Below, in pieces: positions 1-13,009 of a DNA stretch of 64,000 nt. The stretch lies in contig NC_086098.1 of assembly GCF_963921235.1 (NCBI RefSeq), forward strand, positions 6,262,001 through 6,326,000. The letters are read 5' to 3'. Position 1 is the stretch's first letter. Each line of letters opens with the position of its first letter. The notes below the pieces were generated by a model, which was not told the origin of the DNA, searched no databases, and saw only the letters and a list, made by a program, of their open reading frames with translations. Origin of the DNA: Mobula hypostoma. Taxonomy: Eukaryota. A program made the position numbers and the translations under genes.

Positions 1-470
1 GAAATGGTCTCCCAATCTATGTCTGGTCTCACCAATAAACAGAAGTCCACACTGGGAGCATCAGATCAGTATATGACTCAAACAGACTCACAGGTGAGGT
101 GTCGCCTCACCTGGAAGGACTATTTGGGGCCATGAATGGAGGTGAGGGAGGAAGTGTAGGAGCAGGTTTAGCACTTGTTTCGCTTGCAAGGATAAGTGCC
201 AGGAAGGAGATCAGAGGGGAGGGACAAATGGACAAGAGAGCAATCCCTGCGGAAAGAAGAAAGTGGTGGGAGGAAAGATGTGTTTGGTGGTGGAATCGCA
301 TTGGAGATGCCAGAAGTTATGGAGGATTATGTGCTGGATGCGGAGGCTGTTGGGGTGGAAGGTGAGGACAAGAGGAACCCTATCCCTGATAGTGTGGTGG
401 GAGGATGGGGTGACAGCAGACATGTGAAATGGAAGAGAAGCGATTGATGGTGAAGGAAGGGGATTTCATC
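1..470 (-). mobile_element. Penelope-like element fragment (linker/GIY-YIG region), degenerate
   Basis: Minus ORF 211-423 RDRVPLVLTFHPNSLRIQHIILHNFWHLQ matches RNRVPLVLTYHPTSLRVQHIILRNFRHLQ of the PLE ORF at 18361-19008. Confidence 0.85.
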
Positions 471-772
471 AATTCCTTCCTTTTCCCAACCACAGCTGAA
501 GTATGGAATCTGAAGTAAAAGCTTTGGAACTTCTTCAAAAACTGATTTGATGTGAATAAGCTGAAGGCAAATCAAATTGTAAGAAGTATGAACTCAGGGG
601 TGTTATTTCTTTTTTGTGCCTTGGGCACCGGAGTCTACTGAGAACATAAAAAGTAAGGTAGCTATGACAAATTTCCTGCAGATAGAACATTTTCTTCCTT
701 GGCTAGTTCTATAACTACAGGTCAGATCTTTCCCAGTAGTTTCTGCTTTGACCAATGCATCCAGAGTGACAT

Positions 773-1250
773 TTTATACCAAAACATAAACTTTATTCAT
801 AACGATAAAAAATTATTTACAAGGATATACAGAGCAATACATTTTGTGCAATACCACCACTGAGGAGACAATCTATTTACCTGTACTGCCTACTAATTTC
901 AAAGACATTTTATTAACTTATTTGTAGTAATATTTTCTTTTATGTGCCGTGTGGGCGCACTGTGGTCTGGAGGAACATTGTTTCATTTCGTTGTTTATAA
1001 GTACATTCGGATGGCAATAAACTTCAACTTGAACATTGTTCCTACATTTATAGAAAAAATGTTGCGTTCTGCTACAGTCCTTAAAGCTAAAAAGGGGCTT
1101 CCTCACTCAGACTGGCCTCTCCCTCTCCAGTAGCAGAAGACCCCCACACTGTGGTCCTTTGGCACCGAGCCCTTGCGGTGACTGCACCGGGTTTCAGCGT
1201 GTTCCTCAGCACGTTGTCCTGCAGCCTGGAATGTGAGACAACCTCATTCC
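773..1250 (-). mobile_element. Tx1-clade LINE 3' end (ORF2 C-terminus and 3' UTR, interrupted)
   Basis: Minus strand reads HSRLQDNVLRNTLKPGAVTARARCQRTTV, resembling Tx1 ORF2 C-termini; AATAAAGTTTATGTTTTGGTATAAAA end at ~773-797. Confidence 0.6.
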
Positions 1251-1289
1251 TCTACAGAGTGGCATTATACCCCTCCGTTCTATCGTCTG

Positions 1290-1500
1290 GGATACAACAT
1301 TATTGCGGTGCCAGTGACCCGGAGTTAATTCCCTCCGCTGTCTGTAAGGAGTTTGTACGTTCTCCCCATGACCGCGTGGGTTTCCTCTGGGTGCTCCAGT
1401 TTCCTCCCACAGTCCAAAGGAAGATGGTTTAGTAGCTTAATTGGTCACATGGGTGTAATTAGGTGGCACGTGCTCATTCGGCTGTTACAGAGCAGATTCT
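1290..1500 (+). mobile_element. V-SINE/HE1-like tRNA-derived SINE (related copies ~7092-7315 +, 8140-8410 +, 24300-24585 -, 36535-36720 +, 44160-44360 -, 53500-53640 +)
   Basis: V-domain-like core GAGTTTGTACGTTCTCCCCATGACCGCGTGGGTTTCCTCTGGGTGCTCCAGTTTCCTCCCACAGTCCAAAG recurs at the listed sites. Confidence 0.75.
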
Positions 1501-1699
1501 CAAAATGAATATTGAAGGAAAGAATTATAGACTTAATGATTTATCAAGCCACCTTTGAAATCGTGGCCCCTCGGTCAACCTTTAATTTATTTCCTCCACA
1601 TATTTGCAGTTGTGTCTTCAACTACCTGCAGCCTAAGTTCTTGAAGTCCCTCTTAAAATCTCCCTGTCTCTACACCTTTCCTTTCCTTAGGGAATAAGG

Positions 1700-1930
1700 A
1701 GAGGGAACTTTTTCACTCAGAGGGTGGTGAGAGTGTGGAATGAGCTGCCAGTGGAAATGGTGGATGTGGGTTCACATGTACTATTTAAGAGAAGCTTGGG
1801 TAGCTACACAAATGGGAGGGATTTCAAGGGATATGGTCTGAGTGCGGGTAGATGAGACTAGGCAGAGGATCAGGCCAGCATGGACTAGATGGGCCAAATG
1901 GCCTGTTTTATGGGCTGTAGTACTCTGAGC
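1700..1930 (+). mobile_element. CR1 LINE 3' fragment, old
   Basis: TTTTTCACTCAGAGGGTGGTGAGAGTGTGGAATGAGCTGCC (FFTQRVVRVWNELP) followed by a CR1-type 3' UTR. Confidence 0.75.
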
Positions 1931-2112
1931 TTGAATGTTCATATCTCTAAAACTGCATTATTTCTTTGACTTCCAGTAATTTCTCCCCCACCCGATTCTC
2001 TCTTTTTCCACTGGCTCACTCTTTTCCTTTCTCTTCTCCTCATCTGCCTATCACGTCCCCGTGGTGCCCCTCCTCCTTCCCAATCTCCCTTGTTTCATTC
2101 TCCTCTCCAATC

Positions 2113-3728
2113 AGATATTAAGAAAGAGGATGTGCTGGAGCTTTTGGAAAGCATCAAGTTGGATAAGTCATCGGGACCAGATGAGGTGTATCCCAGGCCC
2201 CTGTGAGAAGCAAGGGAGGAGAACGTTGAGCCTCTGGCGATGATCTTTGCATCATCAATGGGGACGGGGACGTTCTGGAGGATTAGAAAGTTGCAGATGT
2301 TGTTCCCTTATTCAAGAAAGGGAGTAGAGATAGCCCAGGAAATTATAGACCAGCGAGTCTTAATTCAGTGGTTGGTAAGTTGATGGAGAAGATCCTGAGA
2401 GGCAGGATTTATGAACATTTGGAGAAGCATAATATGATTAGGAATAGTCAGCATGGCTTTGTCAAAGGCAGGTTGTGCCTTACGAGCCTGACTGAATTTT
2501 TTGAGGATGTGACTAAACACATTGATGAAGGTAGAGCCGTAGATGTAGTGTAAATGGATTTCAGCAAGGCATTTGATAAGGTACCCCATGCAAGGTTTAT
2601 TAAAAAAGTAAGGAGGCATGTGATCCGAGGGGACGTTGCTTTGTGGATCCAGAACTGGCTTGCCCATAGAAGGCAAAGAATGGTTGAAGACGGGTCATAT
2701 TCTGCATGGAGGTCGGTGACCAGTGGTGTGCCTCAGGGATCTGTTCTGGGATCCCTTCTCTTCGTGATTTTTATAACTGCCCTGGATGAGGACGCGGAGG
2801 GATGGCTTAGTAAATTTGCTGATGACACAAAGGTTGGGGGTGTTGTGGATAGTGTGGAGGGCTGTCAGAGATTACAACGGGTCATTGATAGGATGCAAAA
2901 CTGGGTTGAGAAGTGGCAGATGGAGTTCAACCCAGATAAGTGTGAGGTGGTTCATTTTGGTAGGTCAAATATGATGGCAGAATATAGCATTAATGGTGAG
3001 ACTCTTGGCAGTGTGGAGGATCAGAGGGATCTTGGGGTCCGAGTCCATAGGACACTCAAAGCTGCTACGCAGGTTGACTCTGTGGTTAAGAAGGCATACG
3101 GTGAATTGGCCTTCATCAACTATGGGATTGAGTTTAAGAGCCGAGAGGTAATGTTACAGCTATATGGGACCCTTGTCAGACCCCACTTGGAGTACTGTGC
3201 TCATTTCTGGTCGCGTTACTACAGGAGGGATGTGGAAACCATAGGAAGGGTCCAGAAGACATTTACAGGGATGTTGCCTGGATTGGGGAGCATGCCTTAT
3301 GAGAATAGGTTGAATGAACTCAGTCTTTTCTCCTTGGAGAGATGGAGGATGAGAGATGACCTGATAGAGGTGTATAAGATAACAAAAAGCATTGATCATG
3401 TGGATAGTCAGAGGTTTTTTCCCAGGGCAGAAATGGCTAGCATGAGAGGGCATAGTTTTAAGGTGCTTGGAAGTAGGTACAGAGGCATGCCAGGGGTAAG
3501 TTTTTTACGCAGAGAGTGGTGAGTACGTGGGATGGGCTGCCGGCGGTGGTGGTGGCAATGGAGGCGGAAACGATAGGGTCTTTTAAGAGACTCCCGGATA
3601 GGTACATGGAGCTCAGAAGCGTAGAGGGCTATGGGTAAGCCTAGGTAGTTCTAAGGTAAGGACATGTTCGTCTCAGCTTTGTGGGCCGAAGGGCCTGTAT
3701 TGTGCTGTAGGTTTTCTATGTTTCTATG
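2113..3728 (+). mobile_element. CR1 LINE, 5'-truncated, RT domain with stops and frameshifts
   Basis: ORFs 2368-2553 and 2554-3522: [49 protein letters not shown] tail at ~3713-3728. Confidence 0.95.
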
Positions 3729-5964
3729 AAATTCGATGAGGAACGGAGCACTGTAAATGGCTCTGTGGCCTGCAGTGAGTGGACAGCACAGTTCTGATAT
3801 AAACGAACCCGAATACTACTGCACTCCTGGTTTGGTGTTTGATTGTCTACGTGTTGTCCGTTCATTTTTTGTCGTTGGTGCAATTTGTTCTTTTACTGTG
3901 CATTGGGTCTTTGATGTTTTCTTGAACGGGTTCCATGGTGTTTCTTTGTTTAGTACCTGCCTGCAGAAGGATGAATCTCGGGATTGTATTCTGTATATCT
4001 ACTTTGATAATAAATGTAGTTTGAATCTTTGAAAAGTAAATAATTACAAATAATGAGATTACACACGCTGGAGGAACTCAGCAGGTCAGATATGGTAATA
4101 TGCATGGATTTATGGGCCGTGCAGGAATCTCATGACAGTAACATATTTTAATTGCTGATGTTTCTATCAAACTCTTATTCTTTACATGAGAAAACCATTG
4201 TTCTTTTTGAGCTATTTTAAATGCAATTTCACTTGTCTGTGTGTACTGAAATATTTCCATTGTTACTTAGATCAGCTGTAAGGTGTTTTACCGAATCAAA
4301 GGCAGTTCAGATTCAAATTTACTTATCACCGATGTATCGAAAAATACAATGAAATGCATCCTTTGCACACACTCAGTGATTCAGGAACAGGTTCTTCCCC
4401 TCTGCCCTCCGATTTCTGAATGGACACTGATCCCATGAACACTACTTTTCAGAACATATTTAATTTAACTTTTGTAATATATATTTATATAGTGTCTGGA
4501 ATTTTGCCACATTGGCTAATGAGCAGGATCCAGGTCCACATGCTCGTTTACAGAACTGTTTGCGGAAAACCACGTTTCTAGGAATTCTCTAGCATGACGA
4601 GATTTCCTCCCCACATCACAGCTGAGTTTCCAAAATGATGTCTAATCAGCTGATTGAAAGGTACATAAAGACCAAGATTTTAGAGGACAAACAGTAAAAT
4701 TACAGTGAGTATATATATTCAGTATATATTCTTACTGTAATTTACAGTTTTTATTATTATGTATTGCATTGTACTGCTGCTGCAAAACAACAAATTTCAT
4801 AACATATGCCGGTGATATTAAATCTGATTCTGATTCTGATTCTCGTTAACAACCAACATACCTGAGGATGTTCTGGGGGCAGCCTGCAAGAGCCTCCACA
4901 TTCTGATTCCAACGTTGTATGTCCAGAGTGTTCAGCAGAAAACACAAACAGCAGCAACAAAAGTGTTGTGTTTTGTAACTTCAAAACATTAAACTAATTT
5001 AAAGGAAGACATGGGCGTCTGAAATGTGAGTCTAACTTTGTGTTTTATTTTAAGGGACAGGCCGTGTTCGGATCTCCAGTCCTTGACCTGGAGGGTGGGG
5101 GCGAGGGTCAGTAGCCCTCATGACTCCTGTCCACATGCAGGGCTCACCACCCATATGGACCTCCAGCCCAGGACTGGGATGCACCCACCTGCGAATCACT
5201 GCCATAGCCAATCTCTCCAAATCAGCCCAGCACTTGGATCAATCAGATCTTGCTCTCGGTTGAGATGGACAGGCTCTGAAACTCCTTCATTTGGACCTTT
5301 TGTAAAGACTCTATGTTAGGCACTTTAAACTGCCTTGTGTTTGAAAAGTGCTGTACAAATAAACTTGCTTGCTTGCTTGTCGCCGCTTCGCACACCCTGA
5401 TGCCGTCCCAAATTAAAATTCGTAAACTTCAATGGTAAAAAGTGACTGAAATCTAGAACGTTCTGTTGCACAGGTTGCTGAGGGATTTTCAGTCAATACC
5501 TTCTCCATCTGATGGTAATATTTGCTTTTGATCAGTTGAGTTACTTGGCTCAGAATTTCCTCATAACATTAAGGTCTGAAAAAGCTCTTCAGTTACTTAG
5601 CGGATGCACCCCTTGGCTTATTGCCCTTGTAGACAAGAGAGCAGGCTTCCAGAATAATTCAAGTGATGAGCTGAGGATTGGTTCCAATCAGGAATATTTA
5701 TATTTCATCAAGTTTGTTAACAATAGCCTTTGTTGATTTGCTCTTGCACTATCTGATATCAAAGAGCAAGCACAAACAGGGTGTCAGCAAATTTTCAGAG
5801 CTAAATTAATCATCCCTTCTCTGTGTTCCCAACCACAATAAGGGGTGGCAGAGTAGCGTAATGGTTAGCACACCATTTTTCAGCACTAATGCGTTTCCGT
5901 GGGATAGAACCCATAACCACATGTGGGGAACAACTAATCATTAAATTCAACACCTGCATTTCAA

Positions 5965-7082
5965 TATCTCCTTGTGCAACTGGATCCTCAATTTCCTCAC
6001 TTGCAGACCCCAGTCAGTCTGGATTGGCAAAAACATCCCCTCTATAATCTCCATCAGCACAGGAGCACCTCAGGGATGTGTGCTTAGCCCCCTGCTCGAC
6101 TTGCTTTACCCCTATGACTGTGTGGCTAAGTACACTTCCAACACCATATATCAGTTTGCTGATGACACCACTGTTGTGGGCCGTTTCAGAGGTGATGATG
6201 TAGGAGGGAGTTTGAAAATTTGGCTGAGTGGTGTCATAACAACCACCTCTCACTCAATGTCAGGAACTGATCGTACACTTCAGGAGAGGGAAAGCAGAGA
6301 TCCATGAGCCAGCAATCATCGGAGGATCGAAGATGGAGAGGGTCGATAACATTAAACTCCTAGGTGTCACTGTCTCAGAGGAACTGCCCTGGACCCGTCA
6401 TATAAACGTAATTGCAACGAATGCACAACAGCACCTCTACTTCCTTAGGAGTCTGTGGAGGTACAGTGTGATGTCTAAAACTTTGACAAACCTCTCCAGT
6501 TGTGTCGTAGAAAGTGTGCTGACTGGCTGCATCACAGCCTGGTATGGGAACATCAATGTTTTTGAACGGAATATCCTACAAAAGGCAGTGGATTGAGCCC
6601 AATGCACCATGAGTAAAGCCCTCCCAACCATTGAGCACATCTACATGAAACACTGTCATGGAAAAACAGCATCCAACATCAAAGACCCTCACCACCCAGG
6701 CCATGCTCTCTTCTCGCTGCTGCTACCAGGTGGAAGGAACAAGAGCCTCAGGACCCACACCACCAGTTTCAGGAACAGTTACTTGAACAAAGGAGGATAA
6801 CTGCACTCATCTATTGAGATGTTCCCACAATCAATGGTCTCACTTTAAGGACTCTGCATCTTGTTATTTCATGCTCTCACTATTTATTGATTTTCATTTA
6901 TATTTGCATTTGCACAGTTTGCTGTACTCTGTACTCTACCTGCACTTTCATTAGTCCTGTTTACAGTTACTATTCTATAGATTTGCTGAGTATGCCCACA
7001 GGAAAATTAATCTCTGGTTGTATGTGGTGACCTGTACTGTATGTACTTTGATAATAAAATGTAGTTTGAACTTTTGAACTTT
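5965..7082 (+). mobile_element. Rex1/Babar-type LINE 3' part, degenerate
   Basis: [70 protein letters not shown]-type tail. Confidence 0.85.
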
Positions 7083-7316
7083 GACCCAGACAGGGTGGCA
7101 TGGTGGTGTGAAGATTAGCAAAATGTTTTCCAGTGCGAGTGACCAGGTTCAATTCCCACTGCTTCCTGTAAAGAGTCTGTATGTTCTCCCCGTGACTGTG
7201 TGGGTTTCCAAAGATGTATGGGTTAGTAGGTTAATTGTTCAGATAGACATGATCGGATGGTGAGGTGCGTTGTGCTGAAAGGTCCTGTTACCACGCTGTA
7301 TCACTAAAGAAATAAA

Positions 7317-8136
7317 TAGTCATAGTCATACTTTACTGATCCCGGGGGAAATTGGTTTTCGTTACAGTTGCACCATAAATAATTAAATAGTAATAAAACC
7401 ATAAATAGTTAAATAGTAATATGTAAATTATGTCAGTAAATTATGAAATAAGTCCAGGACCAGCCTATTGGCTCAGGGTGTCTGAACCTCCAAGGGAGGA
7501 GTTGTAAAGTTTGACGGCCACAGGCAGGAATGACTTCCTATGACGCTCTGTGCTGCATCTCGGTGGAATGAGTCTCTGGCTGAATGTACTCCTGTGCCCA
7601 ACCAGTACATTATGTAGTGGATGGGAGACATTGTCCAAGATGGCATGCAACTTGGACAGCATCCTCTTTTCAGACACCACCGTCAGAGAGTCCAGTTCCA
7701 TCCCCACAACATCACTGGCCTTACGAATGAGTTTGTTGATTCTGTTGGTGTCTGCTACCCTCAGCCTGCTGCCCCAGCACACAACAGCAAACATGATAGC
7801 ACTGGCCACCACAAACTCGTAGAACATCCTCAGCATCGTCCGTCAGATGTTAAAGGACCTCAGTCTCCTCAGGAAATAGAGACGGCTCTGACCCTTCTTG
7901 TAGCGTAGCCCTGTACTCAGCCTCATCTCCCCTGCTGATGCATCCAACTATGGCAGAGTCATCAGAAAACTTCTGAAGATGACAAGACTCTGTGCAGTAG
8001 TTGAAGTCCAAGGTGTAAATGGTGAAGAGAAAGGGAGACAAGACAGTCCCCTGTGGAGCCCCAGTGCTGCTGATCACTCTGTCGGACACACAGTGTTGCA
8101 AGCACACGTACTGTGGTCTGCCAGTCAGGTAATCAG
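7317..8136 (-). mobile_element. Rex1/Babar-type LINE 3' part with internal deletion
   Basis: Minus ORFs SSTGAPQGTVLSPFLF, QKFSDDSAIVG and MFYEFVVASAIMFAVVCWG...RHRKSFLPVAVKLYN; (TATGAC)n-type tail. Confidence 0.85.
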
Positions 8137-9589
8137 GTAGATATTGGTTAGTGCCAGTGATCAGTTGTCAGGGTTCAATTCCCACCACTGTCTGTAAGAA
8201 GTTTTATGTTCTCACCACAACGATGTGTGTTTCTCCCAAGTGCTCCAGTTCCCTCCCACATTCCAAAGACTTACAGGTCATGGGAGATGGGTTGTAGACA
8301 TTCTATGTTGGCGCTGGAAGATTGTCCCCAGCACAATCCACACTAATCAGGTTTGGTGCAAATGAAGCAACTCACCATTTGATGTTTCGACATACATGTG
8401 ACAAATCAAGCTAATCGAATCAATCTAAATCTACTGAAAAGGCTGCAATGTCGCAGGAGATAGAAACATCGAGACAGCAGACAGACGATATACGCTGCTG
8501 TTGCAAGGAGTCCCCAGCACTCAAGTGATCTCTCTCTCGATGGCGAGTGAGAGTTTGCTGGCCCTCGAGTTGGAGGAACTCCGACAAGTGACACGGCAGA
8601 TTGTAACATTGAAACAGTGAACTGTTGGTTTCTCCTCTTATTATGGCAGGACTTGTCTGAGATGTTGAAGTGTTGGGAGGGATGGACAGTAGCTTTTGAT
8701 GGGCTCTAGATCATCGACTCTGGGGGTCTTTTCTTTTGCTTGCATGGTGGGTGGTGGGAGTTGAGGCTGTTGCTGGAGTGGGGAAGGGGTGATGCTTTTG
8801 TTGCCTCTTGTGTAGTGGGAAGGGGAGGGGCTTTTGGGGTTCTAAGGTTTTCTGTCATTCATTCTTTATTTTTTATGTTTCATGGATGTCTGTGAGGAGC
8901 AAGAATTTCAGGTTGTATACTGTATACATTCTCTGATATTAAATGGAACCTTTGAACACTGAATGATGGTGAGTAGGCCATTGTTCAACACGTTAATTAC
9001 AGAGGAATTGAAGAAGCAGTCCTGAGACTGAACCTGTGTAACATCTGAAAGCAACATCTTACCTTCATGGTTTGATGCTTATTACTAAATTTGTGTATGT
9101 GTTGTATGCATTTGAATTCTGCCACTGGGAGCTGGAAGTTTCTAAAACTGGTATAGAAATGAATACAAACTTCAAAGTAATTTCCATATAATGGGAGTTG
9201 GGGAAATTCCAAGCCATTACACATATGAAGTGAGCATTAGGAGTCCTTCAAGCAGTTCCATGAATGGTGCTATCCAACACTAGGGTAGCATGTTAATTAG
9301 CAGATTTCCATGTTGATACTTACTCTGCTTCAACGTGATTAACTGATTATTCAAGCCCCCAATTTTGGAGCATCTTTGAGAGAGCAGTCTGTGGTAATCA
9401 AGTCCCCTTCCATAATGTCTCAGTATTATACAGATATGATACTTTGCTGCTTCTGGAGATAATGAACAGAAGTATCCCCTCAGTTGCAAGCAACAGATCA
9501 CATGGCATGCTGTGTATCTAATATTTCAGTAATCTTGTACACACACACACACACACATATATTGTTTGATTAAGCATTTTTGTTCTCTT

Positions 9590-10117
9590 TTTTAGATTAT
9601 GAGGACAGTCAGTCCTCGTTTATTGTCATTTAGAAATGCATACATTAAGAAATGATACAATGTTCCTCCAGTGTGATATCACAGAAACACAAGACAGACC
9701 AAGACTAAAACTGACAAAAACCACATAATTATAACATACAGTTACAACAGTGCAAAGCAATACAGTAATTTGATAAAGAGCAGACCATGGGCGCGGTAAA
9801 AAAAAAGTCTCAAAGTCCCGATAGCCCATTATCTCACGCAGACAGTAGAAGGGAGAAACTCTCCCTGCCATGAGCTTCCAGCGCCGCAAACTTGCTGATG
9901 CAGCACCCTGGAAGCACCCAACCACAGCCAACTCTGAGTCCATCCGAAAACTTCAAGCCTCCGACCAGCCCTCCAACACCGAGCACCGAGCACCATCTCT
10001 GCCGAGTGCTTCGACCCCGGCCCCAGCCGCCAAGCAACAAGCAAAGCCGAGGACTCAGGGCCTTCCCCTCCGGAGATTCTGGATCGCACAGTGACAGCGG
10101 CAGCGAAACAGGCATTT
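9590..10117 (-). mobile_element. Non-coding interspersed repeat, CpG-retaining and probably young (older look-alikes ~3735-4032, 8560-8957, 53700-54920)
   Basis: GC/CpG-rich body ending in an AT-rich AATAAA tail; no recognisable protein; family not identified. Confidence 0.45.
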
Positions 10118-10439
10118 AAACAATTAATTACTAGTTATCTGTGCTGTAGTGGTACCCGCACCTGGACTTTAGAACAAGAGGTCCCGGATTCACATCTGGC
10201 TGGTTCCTTGCACACTTTTCCTCCAGGCTGGGTTGTGCAGAGCTTGCTAGACAAATGTTAGAGAAACAGCAAGGTAGCCACTTGATGTGCCAACTGAGGC
10301 ACAGGGAGGAACTTTACTGTTTTTAAAGTAAAAATAGGTAAAAATTGCACACATCATCGCATTACCACATGACACACATGCTCAAACCCATGACCTTCAG
10401 ATCGCTAGTCCAACGCCCTAACCACTTGGCCATGCGCCA

Positions 10440-11018
10440 CACTCCATCTTGGGCACTAGTCTACAAAGTACCCAAGACATCTTCAGGGAGCGGTGTCTCA
10501 GAAAGGCAGTGTCCATTATTAAGGACCTCCAGCACCCAGGGCATGCCCTTTTCTCACTGTTACCATCAGGTAGGAGGTACAGAAGCCTGAAGGCACACAC
10601 TCAGTGATTCAGGAACAGCTTCTTCCACTCTGCCATCTGATTTCTAAATGGACATTGAACCCTTGGACAGTACCTCATTTTTTTTTAATATCTTTTCTGT
10701 TTTTTTACATGATTTTTAATCTATTCAATATATGTATACTGTAATTGGTTTACTTACTTATTATTGTTATTTTTATTTTATTTTTTCTTCTATACACGAC
10801 CTCACTTCTTTCTAATATACAGTATTTCTGTTTTTGCACGTTTTTTGAAATCTATTCAATATACGTGTACTGCAATTGATTTACTTGCTTATTTATTATT
10901 ATTATTTTTTATCTCTGCTAGATTATGTATTGCATTGAACTGCTGCTGCTAAGTTAACAAATTTCACGTCACATGCTGGTGATAATAAACCTGATTCTGA
11001 TTCTGATTCTGATTCTGA
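10440..11018 (+). mobile_element. Rex1/Babar-type LINE 3' end with (CTGATT)n tail (similar copy on minus at ~48582-49325)
   Basis: IIKDLQHPGHALFSLLPSGRRYRSL-type region, AT-rich 3' UTR, AATAAAC(CTGATT)n at ~10985-11018. Confidence 0.8.
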
Positions 11019-12550
11019 CATCCCCTCGGTACCTATTTCTAAGCACCTTAAAACTATGTCCCCTCGTGTTATCCATTTCAGCCCTGGGACAAAGCATCCG
11101 GCTCTCCACACGATCACTGCCCCTCATCATTTTATACACCTGAATCAGGTCCTCGAGAACTTCTAAAGATTTCTTGAGTATTCCTGCAAGAAAATGAATC
11201 TCAGGATTGTATATGGTAACATATATGTACTTTGATAACAAATTTACTTTTAAACTTTGGTGAGTCTGTGGAATTTGTTGCCATAGGTGGCTGTGGAGGC
11301 TAAGTTACTGGGTATGTTTAAAATGGAGGTTGAAAGGTTTTGATTAGCCAGGGAGCCAAAGGTTATGGAGAGAAGGCAGGAAAATGTCAAGTCAAATTTA
11401 TTTATAAAGCTCATTTAACAACAACCCATGTTGACCAAAGTGCTGTACAAAATGGGGACGAAAGGGAAAATAAATCAGTCATGATGCAATGGCAGAGCAG
11501 AGTCAATGGGCCTAATGACCAAATTCTTCTCCAAAGTCTGATGGTCTAAACCTCCCAATCATCGAAGACATCTTCCAGAGATGATGTCTCAAGAAGCTGG
11601 CATCCAGTATTCAGGACCGACACCATCCAGGACGTGCCTTCTCTTCTCATTACTTCAAACAAGGAGGAGATACGGGAACCTGAAGACACATACTAAACAT
11701 TTTAGAAACAGCCTCTTCCCATTTTCCACCCAATTTCTGAATGGTCCATGAGCCCATGAACTCAAACTCACTACTCCTCTTTTACAATATTGATTAAATT
11801 ATTGGCATTGTAACTTACAGTAATTTGGTATGTCTGCACTGTACTGCTGCCACAAAACAACATATTTTCCCTTCTGCTGTTAGTTTTCTGAATGGCCCTT
11901 GAACCCATGAACACTATGTCACTACGTTTCTGTGCTATTTATTTATTTTCTATATTTCTGACTGTGAGTATAGTTTTTTATGAATTTGTTACGATATGTG
12001 GGTTTTGAACACAGGAAAAAATGTCTGGAGTCACTTAGCACTTCCTCTCAAGGGTGTTTATCAGATACATCAAAAATAAAATATGCAAAATTTAGCGAAA
12101 ATAGTGAAAACAAAACTATCAATATTTACAAATCATTCTCTACCAGAAAATACAATAATACCCTTGTACTATTTTGTCCATTGTGAACTCCAGGCAGTCC
12201 CAATCTCTCTCTCCCGCTGAGAGAAATGAGTCCTGTTTATTCGGTACTGGGACACCCCATCATTAATTACTGACAAAGTTAACATAAGACTACACATGAA
12301 TTAGAATACGATGCACCCCACAATCATATTACAAAATAAACAAAAGTACCTACATTAAATAGAGTATAGCTCAGGTCAAGATGGCGCCAGCGAACAACAA
12401 TTCCTCGGGCAACATCTTCCTGATAGTCGGTTATTTCAGTTTTTCTACGTCTTCTACTTATTCTTTTTATCTTAATTTTGTTTTGGAAACAGTTAGAGCC
12501 TGTGACTTACAGTCTGTAGATTGATCAAGCGTCCGCATGTGAGTGTATGT

Positions 12551-12551
<1 letters not shown>

Positions 12552-12580
<29 letters not shown>
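12552..12580. repeat. (GT)n microsatellite (also (AC)n ~9539-9556 and (GA)n ~48672-48696)
   Basis: Direct reading of the sequence. Confidence 0.95.
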
Positions 12581-12583
<3 letters not shown>

Positions 12584-12791
12584 TGAAAATCCCAAAGTAA
12601 ACAGTTGTCATTCATTGCTTTCAGATAGAGTTTTAAACTCAGCAGCAACTTTTTTTGCTATATCCTGTTCCTAATAAAGTGGTCACTGAGTGAATGTTCA
12701 TGGTCTTCTGCTGCTGTAGCCCATCCTGTTCAAGGTTCAATGTGTTTGTGCATCCAGAGATGCTCTTCTGCACACAACTGTTATAACGTGT

Positions 12792-12931
12792 AACACACAT
12801 AAAAGTTGCTGGTGAACGCAGCAGGCCAGGCAGCACCTCTTCCTAGAGATGCTGCCCGACCTGCTGCGTTCACCAGCAACTTTTATGTGTGTTGCTTGAA
12901 TTTCCAACATCTGCAGAATTCCTGTTGTTTG
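12792..12931. mobile_element. PLE terminal-repeat (pLTR) fold-back insertion
   Basis: Inverted arms AACACACATAAAAGTTGCTGGTGAACGCAGCAGG and CCTGCTGCGTTCACCAGCAACTTTTATGTGTGTT; 13-bp TSD TGTTATAACGTGT at 12779-12791 and 12932-12944; nearly identical to 19593-19675. Confidence 0.9.
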
Positions 12932-13009
12932 TGTTATAACGTGTGGTTATTTGAGTTACTGTCAGCTTGAACCAGTCTGGCCACTCTCCTCTGACCTCTC
13001 TCACTACAA

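Noticed and set aside
2554..3522. Long RT ORFs (also 42013-42978) as functional genes or retron-type systems
   Set aside because: They are 5'-truncated CR1 copies with stops and frameshifts in the adjacent ORF2 sequence.
4492..4704. Solo LTR (similar candidates ~11990-12360 and ~54170-54385)
   Set aside because: These look like insertions, but I could not find matching TG...CA ends with a TSD.
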